Below are positions 50,641 through 63,644 of a stretch of DNA of 64,000 nt, piece by piece (within the stretch, counting starts at the first letter, position 1; the number at the start of each line of letters is the position of its first letter). The notes beneath the pieces were generated by a model. It saw only the letters and a program-made list of their open reading frames with translations. It was not told the origin of the DNA and searched no databases. The DNA is from Octopus vulgaris (lineage: Eukaryota). A program made the position numbers and the translations under genes. The stretch spans positions 97,030,001-97,094,000 of the forward strand of contig OX597823.1 in assembly GCA_951406725.2 (NCBI GenBank), read 5' to 3'.

Positions 50641-51019
50641 GTCAATGCACCATTTGATCATGGTCTGTTGTCCATGCTGGCATAGGTTGGATAATTTGAC
50701 CAGGGCTGGCAAGCTGGAAGGCTGCACCAAACTCCAGTCTGTTTTGGCATGGTTTCTATGGCTGGATGCCCTTCCTAACACCAACCAATCCGAGAGTGTA
50801 AAAGGTACTTTTACGTACCAGTGCACAGGTGCCATTTGCAAGATACCAGTATCTGCCATGACTGCGATTTTACTTGACTTGATGGGTCTTCTTCTCAAGC
50901 ATGGCACATTATATATATATATATATATGTATATATATGTATATATATATATATGTATGTGTATATATATGTATGTGTGTATATATGTATGTGTATATAT
51001 ATGTATATATATATGTGTG

Positions 51020-51835
51020 TGTTATAGCAAAGGTGACAGTCTGTTGTGTTTTACCCTTAATTCGTCTGTTCATGACTGTGAGGACAAGAGAAAAATCTGG
51101 GGTATACATAGGTTATGGTTAGGTACATCAAGGTAGATAGGGTGTGACCTATGAGGAAGTGGGTAGCGTAACCCTAAGATAGGATTTTAAATTGTTTCTA
51201 ACACACATTTTCTATTTCTCTACCTGTTTTACCATTCCTTCAGTTATTTCCTTTCCACTTCTGATTCATTTTCTTTTCTTGTTTTTTTGATTATCAGTGA
51301 CCACAATAATTTAGTAAACTCAACTTTGAGCAACCTTCAGTCTTACTGAATTTTGAAATATTCACAATACCTAGATTTTTATTAAACCTTAAAAACTAAC
51401 CTTTGGACTCCCAGGACAAGCAAATTAAAAGAAAAACCTATTCTAAGAAACACAAGAACATATATTTAGATACAATAATACATCATCATCATCGTTTAAT
51501 GTCTGCCTTCCATGCTGGCATTTTAGTAAATTATAAATTGAACTTTGAACTTTTTGTAGAACAAAAGATCTAAGGCTCTTGATCGAAATATACCAAAATA
51601 ATTTCAAATCATGAAAAGGCATTCTCTCTCTTATAATGGAGTATAGTTCTAGCTACAATGCACACCTAAAAATACCTTAACCCACTTCCTCATGTAGGTC
51701 ACCTTCTATCCACGTTGACACACCTAACTTAAACTGAATTATTTCTACACCTGGATTTTTCACATGTTTCTCTAATCACGAGCAGCTTAGCTAAGGATGA
51801 AACTCAGATTAGGTTGTCAACTTTGTTATAATAAA
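51020..51835. mobile_element. Element bounded by diverged inverted arms of about 150 bp
   Basis: 51020-51170 aligns with the reverse complement of 51673-51835 (e.g. atgaggaagtgggt/acccacttcctcat); flanked by (TG)n. Confidence 0.5.
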
Positions 51836-52328
51836 TGTGTGTGTGTGTGTGCATGTATGTGCATTCGTTTACATTTGTGATTCTCTGACAAACATAAGCT
51901 GTGATCAGTGTTATTGTTGTTATTTCTCCTGTTTTTCCACCTTTGAAGACACATGAAATAAGGGATCTCTTGCTTGATATAACAGTTAAGGATCAGTGAC
52001 TGAAAGGGCATCTGATGATAAAACAATGCCTTAGTAAAACATTTATTTAACCCTTGCTAGTAAAACGTTCATTTAACTGTTTTAGAAAAACAAATATGTG
52101 TGTGTGTGTGTGACCATCTCTATTTCTATGCTGGCATGGGTAGGATGGTTTGACATAGACAGATGAGGCAGAAGGCTCTGCCAGGTTCTACATGTTTTGG
52201 CTTAGTTTCTACATCTGAATGCCTAGTTTAGCTCTATCATCTGGTTTTTGGTTGTCTTTAGTGGAGTCCACCCTGTTACAAATATTGAGACCATTTCTCC
52301 TCTGTGAGGAGAACTTGCTACTCTAATG

Positions 52329-54037
52329 CATTGCTTCTCAACCATTTTTTGCCCTTTGGAGCCACTTTAATTCCTGTTTTATACAACTGGACTTCCATAG
52401 CTATTTGATGGATATGTAAAAAAAAATCCTGTTATATTTCTATAATCAAATATTATTAGGAATTGTGCACTGAACTGCAAAAGTAACGTGAGAAGTGTGT
52501 GACTGTGAAATCTGTTTTAATTTCATTATGTCAGAGATAAATTCTGATAAACCTGATAAAGTCATTTTCTTGGATGGACTCTGGCCTCTGTCTATGGGTT
52601 GTTGTCATGTGTTCTTGTAGTGGGTGGATCCAGTACATCGAGATTGTAGGGTGTGATATGTTCAATACTATGTATGCCCTCCCTGGGTATTCAAAACGGT
52701 CATACACCGTCAGTACATGGAGTGCATGAGGCAGTTCACAAAACCCATTGGCACCTGTGCTCACACCTTGAGGGAAGCTACCTCCAGTTCTGCACGACTT
52801 GAAGACCTTGGGACCATCTGTTTCAGCCATCTCTGGATTTCATCTCACAGGTGTTCAATTAGATTCAAATCCTGGCTGAGAGTCAGCCACGGCATGGTTC
52901 TGATAATGTTCTGATGCAGGAAGTTCATGGTGATCCTGGCCGTGTGGGAGGGAGCATTGTCCTGCTGGAACATGTGGCTATGGTGACAGGTGAAGAAGGG
53001 CATGATGTAAGGTCTTAGGATCTGGTCAATGTAGCGCTACGCTGTGATGCCATTCCTTCTACCTGCACGAACATTTTGGAACACATGGGCCCCAATTCTC
53101 TAATTCAGGCCTATAGCATCCCAAACTATGATGCTTTGGTCACCCCATGTGTCTCTCTCCATGCATTTCTGTAGCGTTCACCCCTCTTACTCCACACCCT
53201 CACTCTGCCACTTGAGGTGGAAATGCCGTACCAGCTCTCATCAGAGAAGACTGTCGACCTTCATTGCTTATGCCACCAATGTTGGTGCTGTGTAGCCCAC
53301 TGTAGTTGTACCTGACAGTGATGGGCAATAAGGACAGGCCCTTGAGCAGGATGATGGTAATGCAGGTTGTTGACGGCCAGTCGACGTACTGTATCATTGC
53401 TGATGGGTCACTGTCCAGTGCCAATGGTCTCATGAGCTGTCACGCTGGCCAGTCTGAATCAATCCTACCTGGGATTGGTCGCCTGGGGGCGCCCTCTGCG
53501 GGTATGGTCTGCAATGCTGTTGTTGTTGTATTGCTGTTGCAGGTGTAAGTTTTCGCAACAATCAGAGCACCCTGCCCTGCTTGCAATCAACTTGTTCTCT
53601 CTATGCTGCCGACAATCGGGTCATGCCTGATGCATCCAAATTATGAATGCCAGGAATGCAGTTCAAGTTGATTTTTATACCCATAACCTCTACGAGATGC
53701 ACGTGCATTTTGGCATTCAACACAGCTGCATTTTAGTATCTTGTTTCAGGGAAAGTTGAAAGGTTACCTGCAATTTGGGTCACAGCCATAAACCGGTATA
53801 TCTTGGAATATTGACATTTGAAAGAATCACGTTTCTTTTGTGGTTCATCATCATCGTTTAACATCCGTTTTCCATGCTAGCATGGGTTGTTAAAGTATTT
53901 TGTGTATTGTAGAAGTTTAACCAATTTATTGCACATAAATTTTAACAAAATCTTCTATGGATCTGCAAGAGTCATATGGACCCCCAAGGGTCTTATGGAC
54001 TCCCAAGGGTCATGTGGACCCTCGCTGAGAATCATTG
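52329..54037 (-). mobile_element. hAT MITE (same family as 33122-33382) split by a Tc1 insertion
   Basis: Ends cattgcttctcaacc / gctgagaatcattg; TSD ctctaatg/ccctaatg. Confidence 0.65.
52468..53847 (-). mobile_element. Tc1-like transposon remnant
   Basis: FQQDNAPSHTARIT and PWLTLSQDLNLIEHL*DEI (WPA.SPDLNPIE-like); TIRs tgaactgcaaaagtaacgtga / tcacgtttcttttgtggttca. Confidence 0.8.
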
Positions 54038-55971
54038 CCCTAATGTGTTATTTCCTACTGCACCAATTCATAAACTATCATCTCTTCCTCATAGTTTTCT
54101 TTGTTTCCTCCCACCTACCTGAAAGATCCGACCAAAAGTCATGGGTGCTGCCATTTAAAAACTCATCCCACATCAACACCTCATTATTGGTTTAGTGTCC
54201 ACTTTTTTCTGCTTGCATGACTCAAACTGAATTTGTCGAGGAAGATTTCTTTATGGTTGGATGCCCTTCCTCTCACCAGCCCTCATTTGTCTTCAGATAA
54301 GGTTATATTTCTCCATGGCCGGACATGTTTTTGCAGAAGACTGGAAATGAATGACACTGCTTGTATGATGGTGGCACTTGTCTACAACTGTCACACAATG
54401 GCAAGACAGGGAGTGGCAAATATTCTCTCTCTTTCTCATCAACCGTTTTCTATGCTGGCAAGGCTGGAGAGCTGCATCAGGTTCTAATTGTCTGTTTTGG
54501 CATGGTTTCTACTGCTGGTTGACCTTCCTAACACCAATCACTTTACAGAGTGTACTGGGTGCTCTTTAGGTGGCACCAACACCAGTGCCATTTACGTGGC
54601 ACCAGCATGGGAGCTTTTTAGGTATGTATATGTGTGCATGTATTTGTACACACACACACAAACCAGGCTTCTTTCAGTTTCCATCTACCAAATCCATTCA
54701 CAAGGCATTGGTTGACCCAAGAGGATTGTAGAAGACACTTGCCCAAGGTGCCATGCAGTAGGACTGAACCCTGGAATGGCATGGCTGGGAAGCAAACTTC
54801 TTAGCCACGTGACTATGTAAAAACCAGTGAGGAAAGATTGGATAGAAACTGAAGCAATAGATTTGCAGGCTTAGATGTTAGATGGCATTAGGAAGGGTCC
54901 TGGCATTAGGAAGGGCACCCAGCTGTAGAAACTCTGCCTGATCAGATTGGAGTCTGGTTCGCCAAACCTCAGTCAAATCGTCCAACCCATGCTAGCATGG
55001 AAAGTGGACGTTAAATGATGATGATGATGATGTAGGAAGAAAGCTAGAAATATGAAGTGGTGGACATTGCTTTGCAAGAATTGTATCACAGCAAACACAG
55101 GTGTTTTAATTAATAACTGAAAGGGAATTAGTATTAATGTGAGGAGACCAAATTTTGTAATTCAGTTTCCGTGTGTGAGAATTTGTAGAAGCTAATATCA
55201 TAGCAGCATTTGTTATAAAGTTGATCCTAATGTTTGTGTGAGAGACAGATTGATAGAGAAAAAGAGAGAGAGATGAAAAGAAGGAGAGAGAGAGAGAGAG
55301 AACATTTATGCCTATGTGTATGTGCTCTATCTTCATGCTCTTTGTATACTAGAATAAACCAAATAAAAGGTGTGTGAAGCTTAAAAAGAAATTGAAAAAA
55401 AACAGGCCAGGAAGTGCTGCTCCTCCTGGTTTTGAAAGAAAGAAGTGTGTATTTGTGTGGAGGTGGGATAGGATTGCTAGTGGCTGACATTTTATGTGTT
55501 TGTTTTGAGCTGAATGACACACTAAAAACTTATACAACAAGTTAGTCTGAAGGATGGTATGTTGGCAAACCTATCTACTATCAGAAGACACGAGAAAAGT
55601 ATACAGTGTAATTAAATGAAGCAGGTAAAGAAGAGAGGTAGAGAGCAGAGGGTGGAGAGCAGGCCATGACTGAACCTGTCTACCTGCTGGTGCTGCAGGA
55701 GTCTTTCAATTAGTGTTGTAATTAGTGTCACTTGATTACTTTAGAATGCATGATTAAATACTTCAAGATGTTATTTATAGACTAAAGCTTATTATTTTTA
55801 ACTAACGAGACTTGTGGAAATTCCATGATTTGCAAGCTTCGTGATTTTATTTTGATGCAAAAATTTATAATTAGTTTCGAAACACTGGCACCTTGGGCAA
55901 ATGTGTTTTACTGTAACCTTGGACTGACCACAGTATTGTGAGTGAATGGATCTGGTAGATGGAAACTGAAA

Positions 55972-56200
55972 GGCGGCAAGCTGGCAAAAACGTTAGCACG
56001 CTGGGCGAAATGCTTAGCGGTATTTCGTTTGCCGTTATGTTCTGAGTTCAAATTCTGCCGAGGTCGACTTTGCCTTTCATCCTTTCAGGGTCGATAAATT
56101 AAGTACCAGTTACGCACTGGGGTCGATGTAATCGACTTAATCTCTTTGTCTGTCCTTGTTTGACCCCTCTAGTTTTAGCCCCCTTGTGGGCAATAAAGAA
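55972..56200 (+). mobile_element. Second tRNA-derived SINE family with a Deu/Nin-like central domain
   Basis: Head ggcggcaagctggc...gagttcaaattc, then gcctttcatcctttcagggtcgataaa..agtacc. Further copies at about 22410, 32570, 45865, 46095, 56560 and 60995. Confidence 0.75.
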
Positions 56201-57084
56201 ATAAGAAACTGAAAGAAGCCTGTTGAATACATACATGTATATATATGTTTGTGTGTGTGTGCTTCATTTGACATCACATAATAGTTGTAAATGAATGTAA
56301 TTTATTTCCAATATTCTGTGAAAAAATACCTGGCCATGTGGAAATATTACCTTGTTTGGAAACATGTAAGGGTCGGCAACAGGGAGGGCACCCAGTCAAA
56401 GAAAATCTGCTGCAATAAACTCTGTCTGACCCATGCAAGCATGGAGAAAAACTGGACTTCAAAATAATGATGGTGTTGAAAAACAGAATGATGATTGGGG
56501 TTATTGAAAAATTAGGATTTAGTTAATTTAGAGTTTTAGTAATATTGTAATAAAATATTTAGGTGGCAAGCTGGCAGAAACATTTGCATGCCAGGCAAAA
56601 TATTTGCAGAATTTCGTCTGTCTTTATGTTCTGAGTTCAAATTCTGCCGAGGTCGACTTTACCTTTCATTCTTTATGGGTCGATAAATAAAGTACCAGTT
56701 GCGTACTGTGGTCAATCTAATCGACTGGCCCCCTCCGCCAAAATTTTGGGTCTTGTGCCTAGATTAGAAAAGAATAAATATTTAGTATAATTCAACAGTG
56801 GATGTGTGTGGTTTAGTGGATAGGATGTTGGACTCATGATCCTAAGATTGCGGTTTCAATTCTGGGACCAGGTGTTGAATTGTGTCCTTGAGCAAAACAC
56901 TTCATTTCATGTTGCTCCAGTCCACTCAGCTGGCCAAGCGTTAGTGATCCTGCAACGGACTGGTCTCTCATCCAGAAACTGGGAAACCAGCTCTCTGAGT
57001 CTATATGACCCTGGAAGGATCTTATCCTTAAAATTCAACGGTTGTTAATTTAACCAAAAATTAATATCTATTTTTTAATTTTTT

Positions 57085-57311
57085 TTTTACTACCCACAAG
57101 GGGCTAAACACAGAGGGGACAAACAAGGACAGACAAACGGATTAAGTCGATTACATCAACCCCAGTGTATAACTGGTACTTAATTTATCGACCCCGAAAG
57201 GATGAAAGGCAAAGTCAACCTTGGCGGAATTTGAACTCAGTACGTAGCGGCAGACGAAATACGGCTATGCATTTCGCCCAGCGTGCTAATGTATCTGCCA
57301 GCTCGCCGCCT
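57085..57311 (-). mobile_element. Same SINE family, opposite orientation
   Basis: Reverse complement of 55972-56200. Confidence 0.8.
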
Positions 57312-58565
57312 TGAAATTAATATCTGTTGATTGACCAGTTATTTAACTCAGGACCTCACTGTATAAAGAAATGTTTTGTTGAAAATCTCACCATGCAGGT
57401 TGTTTGTCATAATTGTCTTTCTTCCTAATTTATTTTCCCATCACCCCCCTCTCTCTCCCTCTTTCCCTCCCTCCCCTTCTCTCTGACTATTGCCACCTCC
57501 TCCCAACTAGCATTTGTTACCTCTTCTCCTTCCCTTGTCTGCTTCTTTGTCTGCAACAGATATAAAAAAGTGGAAATTTTACTGGTGAGTGTGTTATATT
57601 ATAAGGCACAAAAAACAAAAAGAAAATGACTCTCCCCAGACACAACAGAATATGCCTCAACACACGAACTCACATAAAGAATCTTGCAAACCAAATCCAA
57701 AAACGAGATATAAAAAAGAAAAAAAGAAAACAATGACAAAGTCAAGACATGGTTTTTTTTCTCTTTGAAAATGGATTCTGGGACATTGTGAATAGAGTAT
57801 GTTAATATCTCTGTAACTTAGTGTTGTGGGGTTACTAACATATCTCGGGTCATCTTTGTTTAAGTAGACCTATAGTCAAAGACGTTCCAGCCATAACCAT
57901 TCCATCTAATTGCATATTTAAGACTTCACTATCCAACGTATTGTTCCATATTTAAAACTCCTGGGTACGATACGAGGGAGATTTGGCTACTATATTTAGC
58001 ATGTTTTTGTCTCTTTGTATATTTAAGACTACATTAATATCAACTTGTTGTTCCTTTCTCATTTAAAATAGCTGATTGTAATTTGAAGGTAATTTGGCTC
58101 CTATATCTTGCAGATCAAGCTATTGCATAGAAGCTCCCTTATTAAACCATATCTCATTGTTGTTGTTGTTGTTTAGCCCCAGGCCAGGCCTGATTAAACA
58201 GACCCATGACAAAAGGTGTTTAAGTGTTGATCGCCCTGAGTTTTTAGGGGTGATTATAGCTTGGATACCCTGGTAGAGTTGAATTATTGCCCAGTTTAAG
58301 ATTATCACTTGGGTCTGGGTTGGCTTTAGTGAGAATCTCCTGTCCCACCCAAGAACAGATACAATATACACAGCAGGCTTCTGTACAGTTTCAATCACAA
58401 GACATGGGATTGATTCAATGCTATCTGATTAACACTACAGAGAGCAGATATATATATATATATACCAGACATATGTACATCAGCAAACCTATTAAAAAAT
58501 AACACATACACACACAAAACCATATACATATATATATGCATACATACTTACTCACACAAAATTAC

Positions 58566-58596
<31 letters not shown>

Positions 58597-58664
58597 CATA
58601 AAATAAGTATCATTATATGCTGGAGACAATATGATATGATGGAGTAAAACTTGTGAAGGCAATG

Positions 58665-58822
58665 GATGGCATCCAGCATGGATGCCATCTCACAGGCCCC
58701 ATCCGTCCTACACACCATCTGTCCTAGACACCATCCGTCCCAGACACCATCCGTTCCAGACACCATCCATCCTAGACACCATCTGTCCATGGCACCATCC
58801 ATCCTAGATGCCATCCAGCCCA
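58665..58822. repeat. 16-bp minisatellite (gacaccatccgtccca), about 10 units
   Basis: Direct inspection. Confidence 0.85.
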
Positions 58823-58918
58823 CTCATATTCATCATCTAACATAAACACCATCCAGTAACTGAACCCATTGAAAGAATATTCTTCTTCTTATTGCTCTTC
58901 ATATTTTCTGTTAATCAG

Positions 58919-58994
58919 GAACTTGGTGAAGACGTTTTATACAGCAGGATTGTTGTTTGATGTTTTATCCGTCTTTGGCGAAACTGATGAAGAC
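58919..58994 (+). CDS. VTA1: VTA1 exon 4 (NLVKTFYTAGLLFDVLSVFGETDED)
   Basis: tcag| acceptor and |gtgagt donor; phase 2 to 0. Confidence 0.95.
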
Positions 58995-59504
58995 GTGAGT
59001 AAATTTTCAATTCGTTTGTGTTTTTATCTTTTACTTATTAGACTGAATGAATTGATCCCAGTATATATATATATCTTATCAAAGCCCTGTACTTATTCTA
59101 TCAGTCTCTTTTGCCAAAGGGACATAAACACATCAACATCGGTTGTCAAACAGTGGTGGGGAACAAACACAGACTCAGAGATGCACATAGATATGTGTGT
59201 GTGTGTATATAAATGTATATATTTATATAAACTAGGATAAAAATCATGTAAATGATAATATCAAGTGGCCAACATGATATAAAACCTTGTGGTTAAATTA
59301 TACTAAAATAATAATTATATATATCAATTATATAATTAAATAAAGGAACAGGAAAATACCCTGCTCCAACATGTTGAAAGAATACGACAAAAAACATTAT
59401 AAAACCACCTTTAGCTCCTGCAAAAATACGGGTTGTAGATGAGCAAATGATAAATACAAATAAAACTCTACAGTCAATTATTATTATTTTAATTTATATA
59501 TATA

Positions 59505-60010
59505 CTAGCAGTATCGCCTGGCGTTGCTCGGGTTTGTAAGGGAAATAACTATATAAGCATTTTTAGAGAGTTACTTCCCTTATAAATTCGGGCTTTCTTA
59601 GCCATTTTTGTTTTGGTGTCTTCAAGCCATGAAGTCGTTGTTCTAAAAGAACGCTGGTTTCCTTCACAACGCATTACGACGTTGATTTCTTTACACTCCC
59701 TTCCCCACAGCTTCACGAGGGAGGGAAGGGGGAGAAGCAAACAGGTGCAGCTGTGAGCGTGGACGCCAACTCCGCCGCCATCGACATACGATGCATTTTA
59801 TGCATTAAAATGGAATAAAAAATGATGTTAAATTATTTTTAAAATCGTAGACTCATCGTTGACGCGCGCTAATAGTCAGACGGGCTCGATATGAATCACG
59901 ACTATAAGATACCCGAATTTGGTTAAACTGCACCGCAAAATGTGGGAGGAGTTAGGAATCTAAATCGAAGGGGACAGACACTCACACAACTAGAGTTTTA
60001 TATATATAGA
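59505..60010 (-). mobile_element. Non-autonomous Helitron
   Basis: Minus strand 5' TC(TA)n..., 3' hairpin cccgagcaacgccagg then CTAG; inserted between A and T. Confidence 0.75.
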
Positions 60011-60203
60011 TATATATTAGAAGAAATAAGGTACTCAGAAATCTGGATGGTTTTATATTTACAGATATTTATTAATATGTCACATGTTTTTATAAATCAT
60101 ATATTAGTGTTTGCGTCCACTCAGAGTGGATGCAAGTGCTAATATATGATTTCTGAGTACCTTATTTTTTCTAATATATAATACCTGTACATTATCTGCA
60201 AAC

Positions 60204-60266
<63 letters not shown>

Positions 60267-60902
60267 GACTTCTTTCAGTTTCCATCTACCATACCTACTC
60301 ACAAAGCTTTGGTTGTCCCAAGGCTATAATAGAAGGCACTTGCCCAAGGTATCACACAGTGGGACTGAACCTGGAACCATGTGGTTAGTAAGCAAAATTC
60401 TTACCACAGTGCCACGCCTGGTCAAACATTACTGTAATTTTTGTTTTCCTATTGTTAAGGTTTTGGATTTTGGAGGACTCTATTTGTGGTTTACAGATCA
60501 TGCAAGGCTGATGTGATTGATGGGATTAATATTCTCATTGAACAGTCGTTATGCTTTAGTCATTGGTCAGCTCTGATTGAAGTATTCCAGCCATAGACAT
60601 CACATTTGTTCTCAAGCTTAGTGTTTTAAAAACTATTTTATCTGATATTTTTCTTTTAGGTAATGGTGTGCTATTTGAGGGAGATTTGGTTGCCATTTCT
60701 AGCTGGTACCTCCCTTACATCACACCTCACTATCATGAAAACAAGAAGTACATTGGACAAAACATTAATAGACACACTATTCTGTTGTTTGAGACACAGG
60801 TGTGGACGTGAGGTCAAGAATACAGTTTTATATTTAAGAGATGAGGAATTATTTACATTATTTACATTTGATGGAGATTTGTCCCCATCTTGTTTGTTGT
60901 TA

Positions 60903-60946
60903 ACACAACATTTCGGCTGATATACCCTCCAGCTTTCATCAGGTGT
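60903..60946 (-). ncRNA. Minimal hammerhead motif with a decayed stem III
   Basis: Minus strand acac-CTGATGA-aa-gctgg-agggtata-tcagc-c-GAAA-tgtt-gtgt. GAAATGTT probably derives from GAAACGTT. Confidence 0.55.
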
Positions 60947-61752
60947 CTTGGGGAAATTTCAAACCTGGGTTCTCATTGTTAAAGTATTTTTCGTAACTGG
61001 TACTTATTTAATCAACCCCGAATGGATGAAAGGCAAAGTCGACCTCGGTGGAATTTGAACTCAGAACGTAGCGGCAGACGAAATACCGCTAAGCATTTCA
61101 TCTGGCAAGCTAACGTTTCTGCTTGCTGCCTTCATTTATGCATATATTATGCCCCAAGTGTTGAGGAAATGAACCTGTATACAGAATGATCAATACATTT
61201 GCTAAAAAATACAGTGCATGCTTCATTGGCTCTGTTCATGTTTAAAATCAATCAATTATTTTGTACAAATCATAACCCAGTGACATGTGCAAAGCACCCA
61301 CTACACTTTGTGTTGTAGTTGACATTAGGAAGAGCATCCAGCTGTTGAAACCATTGCCAAAACAGACAACTGGAGCCTCATGCAGCTTTCTGGCTTACCA
61401 GCTCTGGCCGAACCAACTAACCCATGCCAGCATGGAAAATGGATGTTAAAAGTTGATGTTGATGGCAAGCCTTATTATTTTTGAAATGTAGAACACATTT
61501 GATAGTGTGGTCTTAGATATATTATGCCTGGAAGCAATAAGATGGGATTGACATGTCTGGAACACCTTTGATCATATCATAGTCCTGCTCAGTCAGAACT
61601 GACAACGTCAGTAAAATATCTCCTCTGATATAACTGGTATTGTGATGTAATTCTTACCATTAACATTTTGTTTCGATCGTGTGTTTTGAAGGATTTTCTT
61701 TGTCCTTTCTTTGAGGAATTCTTTCTGTAAAAATATTGTTTTTGTTTTGTAG

Positions 61753-61855
61753 CTTGAGAAGAACAAAAAATATGCCAAATGGAAAGCAGCCTATATTCAC
61801 AAGTGTTTGAAGAATGGGGAAACTCCAATCGCAGGTCCAATGACTGACGAAAAAG
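61753..61855 (+). CDS. VTA1: VTA1 exon 5 (LEKNKKYAKWKAAYIHKCLKNGETPIAGPMTDEK)
   Basis: Hallmark KYAKWKA.YIH.CLKNGETP motif; gtag| acceptor and g|gtaat donor; phase 0 to 1. Absent from the ORF track because it is short. Confidence 0.97.
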
Positions 61856-63247
61856 GTAATAACCATTGGTTTGGCTTCATTTAGTTTCCACTGAAAAAAA
61901 CCATGATGACCATCATCCTCATTTCATGTCCACGTTCCATGACACATTAGGGGTCAGATAGTTTGACAGAATCTGATGGGTTTAAGGAATGTATTATGCT
62001 TCAGTTTCTGCTTTGGCATGGCTTCCACAGCTGGATGCCCTTCCTAATGCCAACCACTTCAGAGAGTGTACTCGGTGCTTTTTATGATGTCACCAGCACC
62101 AGTGAAGTTGCCAGGTAGCTTGCAAGACTACAAACCCCAAGGTGGGAGGTAACTTCAACGCTAAGAGAATGAGGAGTAGACAGAGGTGAAGCAGGGGAGA
62201 AAAAGGTTGGAGCAGAACAGGTTTTTTGTTGTAGAGGGGTCACATGACCAATTCATACTTTAGAAAAGAGAGTGGGGGTAATTGGATGGAGTTGGAAAGA
62301 AATAGAAAATAATGTTGATGGCAATCATCATCATCATTGTTTTATGTTTTTTTATAACTACTTCTTCAGGCTGGCATGGAGGGGTTGAATGGGATTTTTG
62401 AAGCAAGTTTTTATAGCCAGGTGTCATGTCCAGGTTTCATGACGTGTGTGGCCTTTGTAAACAAAAAGCTCAGTCAGTGTCATTTGTTTCCTGCTCATCG
62501 TTTAACGTCGGCTTTCCATGCTAGCATGGGTTGGATGAATGACTGAGGACTGGTGAACCAGATGGCTGCACCAGGCTTCAATCTTGATCTGACAGAGTTT
62601 CTACAGCTGGATGCCCTTCCTAACGCCAACCACTCCGAGAGTGTAGTGGGTGCTTTTACGTGCCAGTCCAGCAGTACTGGCAACGACCTTGCTTGAATCT
62701 TTTACACATGCCACTGGCACAGGTGCCAGTAAGGCGGTCTGGGCTATTTGTTGTTCGATAGACTGCTGGATTGTTACTTTGCATGGAAACAGGTGAGGGT
62801 TGGCATCAGGAAGGGTATCTTCCATAGAAAACTTTGCCCCAACACTTCCTTATCTGACCCATGCAAGCATGAGGTATTAGTCAAATTGACAATGATCCCC
62901 AATGTTTAGCATTTAACCCTTTAACTGTGAAATTAAATTTCATGTTTATTCCATAATGATTTTACATATCTACCAAAAAATATAATTTTGATTTTCTGCA
63001 AGTCACATTGCCTCATAATAAACTTGACATCTCTCAACAAAAAATAGTTTCAAACATGACATTCTTGAACAAAAGATAAATTGGTATATAAAACTGTTTT
63101 TTGCAATTGAGGGTAAGGAAACTTTTGAGTGGACACATTTGCTTTCTGCAATAAAGAGGATTAATAAAAAACGATGTTAACATTTACTGAGATGTACTTG
63201 CATAGCAAGTGACTTGATCTGAGATCTTGTACTGAAACAAAAACAAT

Positions 63248-63513
63248 TGCAGCATGGAAGGTGTTTAAAAGCCATTTAAAAACACACAAAAACTGTTAAA
63301 TTCACTTTAACATTTAAAATTAATTTGCCAAAAATATTTTCACCACTTTGAAACCACTGTTCTCTGACAAAATTCCATGATGAACGGAATTTTGTCCGTA
63401 AACAGGTCACAGTTTCAAAGCGATGAAAATATTTTGGCAGATTAAATTTAAAAAAGTGAATCTAATAGTTTTTGTGTGTTTTTAAATGGCTTATAAACAC
63501 CTTCCACACTGCA
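63248..63513. repeat. Imperfect fold-back (about 130-bp arms)
   Basis: ggaaggtgtttaaaagccatttaaaaacacacaaaaact ... agtttttgtgtgtttttaaatggcttataaacaccttcc; inner gacaaaattcc/ggaattttgtc. Confidence 0.85.
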
Positions 63514-63644
63514 GATTTTAGCATTCAATAAATTAATTTAATTTCATCAAAACTGACTGGGTTAATGATATTATTTGTGGTTATTTTGTATTTCTATGAA
63601 AGGAAGTTTTCTGAAAATTATTGTTTTCTTTCTCTGGTTTTCAG

